DNA of 63,862 nt, counting the filler, from Choristocarpus tenellus KU-1152 (taxonomy: Eukaryota; Protista; Phaeophyceae): the NCBI GenBank assembly GCA_964200185.2. It is 10 parts of 10 records of this genome, joined end to end, with 100 filler letters (N's around TTAATTAATTAA, not from the genome) between each part and the next. Parts side by side here need not be neighbours in the genome. Positions count along the whole stretch, not along the records: positions 37,299 to 40,465 come from CAXNAD020021822.1; positions 40,566 to 55,254 come from CAXNAD020001137.1; 8 more parts are not named here. One strand, 5' to 3'. A program made the translations under genes and the position numbers. How positions within the stretch are numbered: the first letter of the stretch is position 1; each line of letters opens with the position of its first letter. This document shows, piece by piece, positions 40,325 to 52,570 of the stretch. The notes below the pieces were generated by a model. That model saw nothing but the letters and a program-made list of their open reading frames with translations, ran no database searches and was not told the DNA's origin.

Positions 40325-40565
40325 CGACGGTGTCACAGATTTTCTACCGGTGTTCTGTAGCACTCAATACATTGATGTTCTACTCCATATACAAAAGTGA
40401 AGTGATCACAGTCTCCAATCTGGTCACCAGGGAGTGGAGCCAAGCGCTTGCTCAAACTGTCTGGGNNNNNNNNNNNNNNNNNNNNNNNNNNNNNNNNNNN
40501 NNNNNNNNNTTAATTAATTAANNNNNNNNNNNNNNNNNNNNNNNNNNNNNNNNNNNNNNNNNNNN

Positions 40566-41585
40566 CTACCCTGTTGCCCCAACTGGTGTCCGCCCCTGGC
40601 CCCTGCTCCCATCCCCCGTCCCCCCCCTCCACCTCCGGTCGAGTCTCCACGAGGACGTTTTGGAGCCCTGTTCCCTGTAACAGATCGGCTATTGCTTATG
40701 ACTCCCGTCGTCTTTGTAGCTACGGTGGTACCATTCCCAGAGTCGCCCCTATCTTGTCCACGCCTGCGCCGCTGCCGATCTGAGTCCTCGTCTGACCCTT
40801 CTGAGTCCTCCAAATCCTCCTTCACAACATTTGCTTTTCTCTGGGTCTGCTGTGCTTGCTGCTTTACAGGTACCTGTGGTGAGGCAATAGGCGCATCTTT
40901 CGAAATCGTACCATTACCCCCACCACTCTCCACACCCACTCCTCCTCCATGCCCTGATTTGGCGCTGCCAGCACTATTTCCGTAGTTACCAGATCGCACA
41001 GCGTTTAGGAGTTGCTCAACGAAATCTGCGCTACTATCCCCAAGAAAATCATCCAACTTTTCCGTCCACCGTTCCCTGAGGTCATCATCCTGGTAGGTGG
41101 ACATTGGGATATACTTTAAAGGTGAACAAGAGTGCACTTCCTCTTCAGAACAAGGAAGGATGGCGAGGGAGGGCATCAACAACAGGCACAGTTCTAGTAC
41201 GTACTATTCCATGATCTGCAACGTCTACAATCTTGCTTTGTGCAGAAAAATTGGCAACAGCCATGACCACACGCGAAGCGAATGCCAACCTCAATGTCTA
41301 TCCATGAGAGGGTCTTCTCATAGGCTGTAAAAGCAAGACAAGTTCAGGGAAAAGGATCTTGAATGTATAGACTAATTCATCTCACTAACCACACAAGATG
41401 GTCCCCCTTGTTCGCAAATCACATTTCCCTGCATAGTCCTACCAGTGTCATCTTACCGGTTCGTCTGCATTGCCAACTATGGCAACTATGTAGTCGATGA
41501 GGCTAGAGCTATCCGACCCCACATGAGGGGCCAAGTTTTTCTGGAGCCAACCTCGTAAATATCGCCTTCCATCCTCTTGCAGCAT
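40566..41585 (-). CDS. PWI-domain RNA-binding protein (RBM26/RBM27-like), 5' part; exons 41585-41457 and 41089 to contig end
   Basis: MLQEDGRRYLRGWLQKNLAPHVGSDSSSLIDYIVAIV...P|DDDLRERWTEKLDDFLGDSSADFVEQLLNAVRSGNY matches the RBM26/27 N-terminal PWI pattern, followed by low-complexity D/E/R/G sequence. Confidence 0.82.
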
Positions 41586-42734
41586 ACTCTCACTCTTAAG
41601 GAGTAGGAAATTGAGAGGATAGCCTAGACACACTTCCCACTCCACAAGGGCCGAGTCGTTGCAACCCAGTAAACCAGTAAACCTTATAACCCTTCTACTC
41701 GCCCTTGATACTAGACTAGTGCAGAGATAGAGAGAGACAGTGAGTTAAAAAACAATTACAACGACTGCCTGGGGTCCGGTTGGGTAAAGCAGCTGCGAAA
41801 GGCGCCTTCATTTCATCTTGGTCTGGAGTGTCTGGTCTTCTCCCCCTTTTGATAGGATCTGGGGGCGCGAGCTCGCAGATAGTGCTGCGCGTGCGTGGGG
41901 GTATGGTTGATTACTTTTGTCATTACCTGACACAAAAAAAGGTTCACGATTACACAATTATCAATAGGAACAAACAACTTTGTAGATATATTATAACTGA
42001 CGTGTAAAAATACCTCCAATATTACATTTGGGTGTAGTTGTGGTTGTATGTATGTATGAGGGCCTTTAAAACCCATTAATACTCCATCTACATTGTAGTG
42101 GGAGCAAAATATCATCTAAGTTTACAAGAAAAAACTGACTTGCTGTGAAATACTATTATTATTATCCCCACTACAATTTTAGATTGAGATAATAGATGCA
42201 TGATAATAAGGGACAAAGAAGAGACGAAGCGAAAAAAACAAGTACAACAAGAACTATGTAACAGAGTGGAAATAACTTCAAATATCGAAGAAATTCAACA
42301 AGAGTTCCAATAACACACTTCTGTGTTGTACTTTCGAGAAAGTCTGTCAAATAGATCAGAATGAGGTGTGAATTTAAAAAACAAGAAAAACAAGAAAAAC
42401 AAGAACCGTCGTTAAAACAATGATAATAATGGTTGAATTTTTGGAACTCCTAAATTGATACTCTATAGGTGGTTCAGAAGCAAGGGAAGAACTCCACGAC
42501 TCCGTCAAATCCATCCCACCAACCCAGTACCTCCAGTTCAACACACATGACATGCCTGGATATTGGTACTGAGTAGTTATAAATACTATTTTCGTAGTCA
42601 CGCCTTTACTTCTTCTTTTCATTAAGAAACCTCCCACCCCCCTCCCACCCACAATATCCATGTACGAGTTGCCACCTCATCCAGAAAGTTCTCTGTGCCT
42701 GTGTGCTAAGCGCCCACGTGGGTCAAAATGCGTA

Positions 42735-42992
42735 GGGACAAAGTAATCGAGAGGCATCATCCAGTGTTGCATTTTATGGATGAGGACAAATAAGTGCAAA
42801 ATTCGACTTTTTTACAAATAAATGCATTTAGGTCATTTTCTGAGTTCTGTTGATTTTTTTCAGGTAAATCAAAATTTTCAACCCCAACTTCGCACTTGAT
42901 CCATGGAGGTAGGGGGTGAAATACAAAAGATTGAAAAACTGGGTTGAAATGCAAAACGGTCCAAACCTGGGTACCTCTCGTTTACTCTAGGT
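42735..42992. mobile_element. MITE family D, diverged copy
   Basis: GGGACAAAGTAATCGAGAGG...CCAAACCTGGGTACCTCTCGTTTACTCT. Confidence 0.65.
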
Positions 42993-44242
42993 CGTTGTTA
43001 TCAAATATTTATTGTATATTAGTATTATTTGCGGATCTTAGTTCCTAGTACTGGTATTATTATTATATACTCCTGAGTATATGTTTCTGGGCGATCCTGG
43101 AATTTTTGCACCACCTGAAGATGAACTAAACATATTTGCACCTCTCTTTTTGCTATAATAGCAGGATAGCTCCCCCTTTAGGCTGAGGCCTATCAGCTAG
43201 CTGATTGACGATCTCCAAAGCATATCAGTTCTTTTAATCTTTAATCGAGGTCATCAGCTGTAAAGCCAAAGATGGTACACCACCAGGGTTCTTGCTGCAC
43301 TATTTTTTGTGTATATTGTTGTGTGCCATATCAATATATGTATTATTGTTGAACAAGAACAAATATATTTGTTAATAATCATAATAATGGTAGTAGCAGT
43401 ATTAGTAGTAGTAATAATAATAATAATAATGGATCAGGACCATACCAGGAGGGAGTAGAAGACACTTTCCGTTATGTATTTGTTTTCTACTAGTACTACG
43501 TCTAAAATAAATAAGACCTGTCTCTGGCTGTGGGTCAATCTATCCAATTCGAGTGTACAGAATCTGTAGATAGCTAGTCAGGAAGGTAGATATTAGCATA
43601 AGGTATATGCAGTTGTTTGTTGAATGAGCTTGCTGGTTGACATAATGAGGTTGGGAGTGCAAGCGAAATAGTAACAATATTAATATTACTAATAATATTA
43701 ACAAATATATAATTAATAATAATGGCTCAAGTGCATCCAATGCCTGCTTGCCTCATAAAGCGAATTCGGTTGTCCCACCATGGCATTCTTTTTTTGGTCT
43801 ATTGAGAGGACTCTTCTTCAGCCAATCACTGTAGTAATTTTTGAAAAGAAAAAAGTGGTGGTATTGAGATCAGAAGGGGGGTTAAGATACAGACATATAT
43901 CGAAATGAGGGTGCGAAAAGGAAATCCTTTGATCAATAAACTTTTTACTCCAAGTTTTAGAGTTGGTGATTCAAGGGCATCAAGTATATAATTACCTGAA
44001 CACCAAACCTCAGGTCTAATTTATGAACCCTAATATTGATGAAGAAAGTCCACCCACATACAGAACAAACACGAGTAGGATATTTTCCTTCAGAGAAAGA
44101 CACCAAAAAAGTCGTTAAAGTGAAAGGGGACTGGGCCATTTAAGAAAATGAAATGGAATGTTTTTGTTACCTGGATTGCTCTGCATTAGAATGATTGGAT
44201 TTGCCACATACCATGCGCGGTACGGGTTTACAGCATCACAGT

Positions 44243-44499
44243 GAGTCAAAGTAAACGAGATGTACCCAGAGTTGCATTTTAAGGATGCCGACAAATATGC
44301 GCAAAATTTTGTTTTTTTACGAGTGATGTAGGGTATTTTCTGAGTTGTGTCGGAAAAGTTTCAAATAATAGAGAATTAAACAGTCTCAAGTCAAGCTGGG
44401 CACTTCATCCATAAAGTATGGGTGAATTGCAAAAGATTGAAAAACAGACCTTGATCGCAATACATCCAAAACCTGGGTACCTCTCGTTTACTTTGGCTC
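44243..44499. mobile_element. MITE family D, full copy
   Basis: GAGTCAAAGTAAACGAGATGTACCCAG...CTGGGTACCTCTCGTTTACTTTGGCTC. Confidence 0.85.
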
Positions 44500-44610
44500 G
44501 TCCCAATGTTAGTTGTTTCCTGTTGTGAGGTTGCCAATGGGCAGCAGAGAGTTCCAAGCCTGCAGTAGGTAGCCTGTATAGTAGCAGGTCGACATACCGC
44601 CACAAGTTAT

Positions 44611-44660
44611 GGGTCAAAGTATCTGGGGGGGGGGGGGGTGCCGGCGTCCATTTTTGACCC
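44611..44660. mobile_element. 50-bp minimal derivative of family B
   Basis: GGGTCAAAGTATCT-(G)n-TGCCGGCGTCCATTTTTGACCC, flanked by TAT/TAT. Confidence 0.7.
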
Positions 44661-44893
44661 TATGCTTTATGTTCCTCCTTACATGTAGCTCTGCATTGAT
44701 ACCCTCGACGAAATTTTCTGAGGGCAGTATCTTCACTACACGTATATTCATAAAATATCACTGGACAGTTTTTGCATGGCCAGTCGCCAAGCTTCTCCAA
44801 GATAGGTGGGGGGCGGTAAAAACTTGATGCCCAGTCCAAAGGTGACAAACTCGATCAATGCCAACACAAGGAATTATTTTTCGTATTATTATA

Positions 44894-45239
44894 CTCCCTC
44901 TGTCCCATAAGTCTGTTCCTTTCTGCATGTACCTCTTCAGGATGACCTCCGATTTCAAAACGGATTTTTGCGTTGGATTCCTCGGAAAATATTATGTAAG
45001 ATGAGTTATACTTGAAAAAATATATTCCTAAGTTGTTCTGAGATATGAAATAGAGGGTAGGAGGGCATAGACCCACAAGAAGGCAATGAATTGGTGGATT
45101 GACGACGTTGAGTGAAAGCGAGGAGAGGTTTTCTAACGCAAAAAACGTGAAGGAATCCAAAGCAAAAATCCGTTTTGAAATCGGAGGTGATCCCGAAGAG
45201 TTATATGCATAAAGGAACAGACATATGGGACAAAGAGAG
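44894..45239. mobile_element. Stowaway-like (Tc1/mariner) MITE with ~90-bp TIRs
   Basis: TA|CTCCCTCTGTCCCATAAGTCTGTTCCTTT...AAAGGAACAGACATATGGGACAAAGAGAG|TA. Confidence 0.85.
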
Positions 45240-46734
45240 TACGATATTTCTGACGCAACAATGGAAAATTGCCTGTGGCATGGTGGAAGTACTGTTCATA
45301 ACCAAGTCCATGAACCAATCTGACAGAGTGATGCATAAACCCACTGTCTGCAAGACTTTTGGGGACTATATCCCTGTAACTCATTAAAATTTAGTTGGGC
45401 TCCCAGTTAGATCCACTGGATATAACTATGGTGTGGGATAGTTCCATCAGTTTCCCCCACAATTCGGCAGTTGTGCTTAGGGTCTTAGGAAGTAAGGGTG
45501 GGAGGGTGGAAAGAGCCATTGGTTGAGAGCATTGACAGATGTCATGGAAGATAGAGAGGTTGCCAATTTTAACATGATCAGAGTGAGTCCTGTTCACACG
45601 CCACGAGAGTGTACTGCCTGATTACAAAGAAGAGGATGATATCTACACAAGGGGGGTGTTGCCCTACCCTCCATAATCGTCCTAGCAAACACTATAAGAA
45701 ATTAACAAACAATATATCACCTAGACCATTACTTGAACATCACGATATTCTAATACTTTCCTATCCATCACTCATGAATCATTCTAGTCACACCATCCTG
45801 CTATAGACATTTCTTACTTCATGTATACTAATAGCAACATTGAGTGTGTACAGTACTACAACACATGTCTCAATGCGAAGAAGTCCAAATGTCTTGGGAG
45901 TCCCTAGGTGATCAGGAACAGTGGACAGAGAGACAGGAATCGCCCCTCACTGTCTGAATATGCATGTGACGATAGATAAAAGGCAGGAAAATCAAAGAAC
46001 CGATAAACTACCCTGCCTACACTATCGGTTATTGTCTGACTAACACTCACTCATACTCAGAAGGTTTTGACAACTGGCCACACTAATGAACAAAAATGCT
46101 TGAATATCTCTAGAAGCAGCAGGCACTTATCTTCAGACTTGGAAGTACTTCCAGCACAGCTGAGAAGACCAAAGCCTAACAAAGCATAGAAAGCTGCCCG
46201 ATATCTACTACAACCATTTTTGGTGGGAAAACAATAATGCATACAGATATAAATCTCAAACATTGCATGGGGAGTGCTCCCAAAATTGCACCCAGGACTT
46301 CAATCAGAGAGGTGTTCCAGCAATCTAATCAAGAAGTCTCATCTTTAACATGAAGTCTGGCAGCCCAACACATGCATCTTCTTCTTGCCTGTATTCACTA
46401 CAAATACATGTACCACATTGGTCCTGTTCAGTCACGATTTTCACACATCACCTTTTGTTTTGCTGTTGCTTCGAGGGCAGGAATATTCCAACAAGAAAGA
46501 AATGCATATCAATATCAAGGACACATCAAGTACGGTGAGTCATCTTAAAAGTAACAAAAAAGAACAGCATCCATATACATCAATAAATGCTTCGTGCGCA
46601 GGTGCCATCCCGTATGTGACCAAAATACATTAAATAAGACCCTGATCGTTTATGCACATCTTCAAAAGACAGACCCAGGCACAACTCTTTCTCTCTAACA
46701 ACTACCATAATTATGCTTTCCTCAGGTCCAAAAC

Positions 46735-49700
46735 CTACAACCTTGCACTGGATAAAACATCAAGATATACCCGAAGGTCATATGCACTGACATGTAGGGC
46801 TGTCTTGCATACATCATACAGCAAAAATTGCCCAGAAATGATGGCCCCCGACCACACAATGCGGCTTGACAATCCCAAAAATAGGCCTCTGATCCCTCTC
46901 TCCTCTATTATGCCACGACCAGTTTCAAAGACTGAAGACAAGCCAGGGTCTCTATTCATGGTGCTGAGAACAGTATCCGCTGTTCAATCAAGGTTAATGT
47001 CAAAATACAAGCATGTACAAGCAGATAAGAGGGCACAGAAAAGGGTCAGGGCATCATCCTCATGGCAAGGGAATCAACTACAAGGCATGGGTTATTGATA
47101 CATTGTACAAGGAGAGAGAGACAGAGAGAGATTTGTTATAAATCCAGGCAGGTCCTAAGTCAACTATTTCTTGTGCCCTTGGTCTCTTCAGCACATCAGC
47201 GCAGTAAGAAGACATTGGCTACACAGCAGGTTCCATTTTCAAGAGCATGATCTAAGGGTTGACTACAAATTTAACAGATTTAGGACCACAGCAGAGAGGT
47301 ACTTCACCAAAGAGGAGAGACTTGCCTGGCTGTGACACAATGGCAGCCACAACCCCAGCAACAAGACCACTAATAAGGGATACTGTTAGCTGTGTTGAAG
47401 TCTGCTCAGCAAGCACTGGCAATAACCTGTAAATGTATTCTGCAAAGGGCAAGAGGGGTGTGTAAGGAACCAATACCAAACGGGAAATCAGGTCACGCTG
47501 GGGTTGGCCCTGGTTAGCAGGTGACTGCATGGGAGCTTCACAATGATTCGACTATCCAGATAGAGGGGGGACTGGGATGTGAGGATACAGTCCATGGTCA
47601 TGTTCCAAAAAATATGTATCCCTACATAAGCATACAGCAGGTGCCCAGCCTTTGTATAGGAACTATTATCACAACTGAATGCACAAGTATTACTAACGAA
47701 GGGCACATGTGGCTAGTGTGTGTGTGTGCGAAGGGGGGGCTAGGACAGAAGCTGACAGGGGCAAAGATTGGAGCAACGTTGATCCTTCAAAAGTATTGAA
47801 GTATCAAAACTGGGGTCAAATCATCTTCTCAGACCTCACATGTTTGCCCCATGACCCTGAGCACCCCCCCAACAAAAACCATCTCCATCAACAAGTGATC
47901 CTTTACTCCCATCCACAGCGGTAGAGCATGACCATTACTACCATGATCGTCATTATTATTATCATTATCATATCTCACCTGAGAAGAAGTCAAACACCAA
48001 GAATTTCATCATGCCGAAGCTGACCTGCCTAAACAGGATGGGGAGAAACCCCTCGTAGAGTTTTCCCCAACCACTCTCTGACACTATTTGTCGCACAGCA
48101 GAACCAAAATTTCCAACAGACGGGTCTGCAACCTGCCGAATGCGAACAGCCTTTCAAAAAGAACAATAGAGCAATAGAACAATACAACAATAGAATAGCA
48201 GTGAGTGAGTGAGTGGGAGGGAGGGTGGGGAGTACATAGATGATTCTGCTTTGAGGTACATAATACTCCAGAGGATTAGTATCTACTATGTAGTAAATAT
48301 ATCTATTCAAGCACATCAACACTGTCAATAAACACAAAGCACTCTAAGCTGTATAATAGAACACTGCAGTAAAATAATGGTATCCATAGATGTATCCCTG
48401 TACCCATACCAAGGTAAGATCATCACACCCTGTGATAGAGTGGGCGAATCATTTGAAGCACAACAAGGACAATAGATGAAACATGGGTGAAGGCAACCCA
48501 CTTCCAAAACATTAAACATTGCATATATTAAATTATTTTTCTCCTGCAGTGAGATCTGTGCCAACTCTCACACCTCTTCCCTTGCCATATTGCCACACTC
48601 AGTCTTTCAACTCAACAAAATCAGGTTAACCAAGGTCAATCAATCGTGTCTGCAGCTCTATATACTGCAAGGAGGGGGCAGTATTCGTATGCCAATACAC
48701 TGTGCAACGGCAAGCAGGATACAGTGGTTCCAGTAACCAGGTTTGATGTTCAGTGCACCTAGAAAGGATATGGAGCCATGGACCTATTGCATAAACTGAA
48801 ATATGAACCTCGAATAGGAACTATGAACGAAAGCTGTTGTAGTGTCTAGAGGGCTAGTGTAACGTGGCAGCAATAAACAGTCTGTTTTTAACTTCATCCC
48901 AAAAGGATTTGAAAATTTAACCAGCTAAAAATCACACTTGAGAGGTGTACATCGGTTCAAGTTTGACAACATGGGACCCCCGGGCTCTCCCCCCTGCCTG
49001 TGAGTGGTATTAAAAAAAATGGTATGAAGATATCCTTGTGAGTTTTGCATTAGACTTTTCTGCCTCCTGTTGACTGTCCAGTGCCATCACACAAATTTGA
49101 CTTGTTAACACAATGAGAAACCAGGCAACTCCACCCCATTTCACATATCACACCAAGGAACACACTTCCCACTTCTGAAAATAGTGCCACATCCGTCCCA
49201 TATGTATATTTTTTTTTAAACCTGATAAGTCAGTCGTGCAGTTTGGTATTTAAAAGATTGGAAAGCTAAGAGCATGAGCTGTGCATTTCACCATCATTGT
49301 TTTTCTTCTTTCATATTGACTTTTGGGACAAACATTGACTTTTGGGACAAACATTGACTTTTGGGACAAACTTTGACTTTTGGGACAAACGTTGACTTTT
49401 GGGACATTGAATTTTGGGACAAACATTGACTTTTTCTTCTTACAACAAACACAGAAATTACTCAGATTTTAATTGAAAGTCTAGGTCACCAGGTTTCCAC
49501 TTCACCACCACACAACCTACCCCTCAAAAGGGTTGCTGAGGGATATCAATCTGAGAGAAAAATTCGGAAAAAAAGTATGTGGTTCCATCATGTCCTGTTG
49601 CACATAATGCCATAAGTAATTACAGTATTAATAGTAACCTTTGCGGTAAAACCGCTATTTGGCACCCTTTTAAAATAGCACAATGGCAAGACTTTGCACA

Positions 49701-52328
49701 GATTGACCTACAGAGAGAGCATGAAAGACTTCACTTCCAAACATAGCTCCCAAAAACCCTTCATTCCCTCACCTAAGCCTGCAGCAGCCCAGCCAAGTTA
49801 TCCTTAGGTATCCTGCAATTCGATACAACCAGTGAGGTCTTAGTTCTACAGCTCACCTCTGCTGGACATACCCCAACACATGCAATTACTGTCGCAGTTG
49901 CACCAGCAGCCAGGACCAGAGGTACTCGAAACAATCCAGCCATCACCGGACCCATCATACTCATGTACAGTCGCTTGAACAGCTCATATCCAGGGTACAC
50001 CGTGATGCCATACCATAGGTAGCCCCCCAGGGTTGGACCAAGTCCCTTGAGAAGTGCCATCCAACCCTCCTATTGAGGTGTTTCAGTGGGGGGGGAGTGG
50101 AGGGGTTGTGGTGAGGCAAGAGGCAGAGGCAGAGGCAAACAAGAGGTGTGCGGGTCATTCTATTGTGCTCTATGTTCACTGATCCCCAGGTAACTGTTTT
50201 ATCTGCAAGATTCATCTTTTTTATAAATTTCCTTGTATACTATCACCATTGTCATCAAAACATCACCAAAACAGTCAAAGCACTTAGAAAATACCACTAT
50301 AGCTTGCACCCTAACCCTGACTCACACAATACACCTCACCCTCAAGCATTTACCCACCTCCTTGGCAATGGTGGATACTCCATCCACCAAACCTCCATAC
50401 CTCCCTGGGTCTGTCTGCAAGCGTGTCTTAACAACATCCAAAGGAATGACTGCCAAGTGAGTGGCTGTACACCCCACAGCACCACATGCTGCAAATAGTC
50501 CATACTCACCAAAGCCTAGATCTCGCTCCTGATTAAGAAGGGTCCGTGTTGAATAGGGACACCACAATAATCTCAGCCTTTGCAAACACAAGTCTAAAGT
50601 AGTGTGCGTATCATTCTTGGACATGGAGGCTCAATGACAAAACAATCCATTGCCACACTGGTGTGTGGTACAGCAGGTGATTGGATAGTGAAGAAATGGG
50701 CGCATAGGTATATATCAATGTATGTCATGCCTACTGTTCACATTAGGGTGGACGAGTTAAAAACAGGACAATGTAAAGTAGGTATGAGATATATTGCTAT
50801 ATACCTCCAAATGAAAAAAACAAACAATATCATTGGTTGGTCGTCGGGAACGGGTGAGGAAAAGTGGAGAAGGTTCCCCAATGCATTGAGGGGAGAGCAG
50901 TCGCAGTTACAGGAAGAGGAGCACCAAGCCAGCTTACAATAATTGTGGCAAGAAGGACCTAAAAGGCTTTACCTTGTAGATTGGGGTCATCCCTCTGGTT
51001 CCGAAAGCCCCCACGCCTTCAACCTGCTGCAAATACTGTGAGATCTCTGGGACGCTGAAGGCTTTTATCAATGGGTCATAGAGGGGACGGACTGAATCTG
51101 GGAGAAGAGCTGTTGGATCTGTGCGAAATGTGTCCCCCACATCCAACATACCAGCTGCTGTAGCAATGACAGGACTGGTGCCAGTGGTGCCAGAGGGTCT
51201 TGCAAGCAGGGCCTTGACTGATGCTACAGGTTGAAGGGCAGGAGGGAGAAGGGAGAACAAAACAGCCAGCTGATTTGCTGACCCATCCCCGGGACTGGTC
51301 ATGTATTGATGTGTTAGAGAGCTGCACAAATCTTGGATACCTTGTGGTCCTGGGAAACGGTCAAGGCCAAACCCGACGGAAGCAGACATGCCCTGTACAT
51401 ATGGTCGCCAGGGTATCGATTCGTGCATGGTCCAGTGTGGGATCGAGGAAGGTATGTCATCAGCTTGATTGTTCAACAAGGCGCAGGGTACGTTGTACAG
51501 AGAAGAATCAGGTCAATTATCCATGGGAATACACGGCAGGTCACGCCATATGGGTACATGTTCTTTTTCTTCCCTATCTCAAGCCACATGTCGACAAGCA
51601 AAACCCCAGGTGCTGACCTGAAAGGTCTCCCAACGGACCGCGTACTCCTTTTCTGCTGGCACGGTAGCCAGCCTTTCGTCGTAAAATAACCTGCACTCCT
51701 CGTCAAAGTTGAGGAGAAAGCGTGAAAGGTACGCTACGAACTCCTCAGGGTACGTCTCCATACCTTGGGATTCTTGCGAGGCCAATGCTTCCGGATCAAC
51801 GTTCACCCAGACCATCCCTCGCTTTGACTGCACTAATTCTTCATTGGATGTTGCATACGCTGGAGACCACTCAAGGAGTCCACTTGCCACCGATACCGCC
51901 ACCATCGTCATTAACCCCTCCCTCAAAAACTCCCCCCTTGTTTGTCCCTCTGCTAAGGACCCTGTCCGTGCCATTGACGAGGGTATCTTCGACAAATTTC
52001 TTTGCCGACTGGTCTCCTGCGAAGTACCACCTCGTCCTCGCCCTTGCGAGACTTTCATACAAGTCGTTCGGGATACCACATCGCGATTATGGTGATTTGA
52101 GTGCCAACAGGAGTTTCTACCCTCCATGCCAAATCGAGCAGCCTGGGAGCTCAAAAGTCCGCCATTCACTGAATTAATCAACCCTCTATCCCTTATTACT
52201 CCCATTGGAAAGTCAAATCCTCTTGATACTCCGAGAAATCCACATACTACCGCTGCAAAGGCTCCTTGGGTAGGGTTGAATCGCCGAAGATGGCGTTGCC
52301 TCAATCGATAAGCCATCTCCCTCCACAT
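46735..52328 (-). CDS. Mitochondrial-carrier-family (SLC25) phosphate-carrier-like protein with long N-terminal extension; exons 52328-51618, 51392-50973, 50528-50358, 50069-49857, 48150-47979, 47439-47326, 46979-46735
   Basis: Three carrier repeats: THLAVIPLDVVKTRLQTDP, VCPAE|AVRIRQVADP, IVSQP|ADTVLS. Also EGWMALLKGLGPTLGGY and LPILFRQVSFGMMKF. All six junctions are phase-consistent, one of them GC-AG. Confidence 0.9.
49314..49433. repeat. Intronic minisatellite, 19-bp unit, about six copies
   Basis: ATTGACTTTTGGGACAAAC repeated. Confidence 0.9.
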
Positions 52329-52570
52329 AGCCCCACGAGCCCGGAAGGACGTGCCAGAAACGCTGATAACTTAACAGATCTCAACCCAGTGCACAAGCAC
52401 CACCCAGAGTGTGCAACGCACCTCACTCTCAAGGGTTGCTCCTTCAAACGTAGCTTTGTCTCAGATGAAGGCTTGATTACCAACTCATTCGACAAGCCTT
52501 CCTTCCATGGTGAAAAACCCATTAACAACAACAACATAAATTTGGGGAACAAACCAGGAATGTAAGCGAC

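Noticed and set aside
49314-49433. Short direct repeats here and at 38336-38510 as a possible CRISPR array
   Set aside because: The units are contiguous with no unique spacers, lie in introns, and no cas genes are present.
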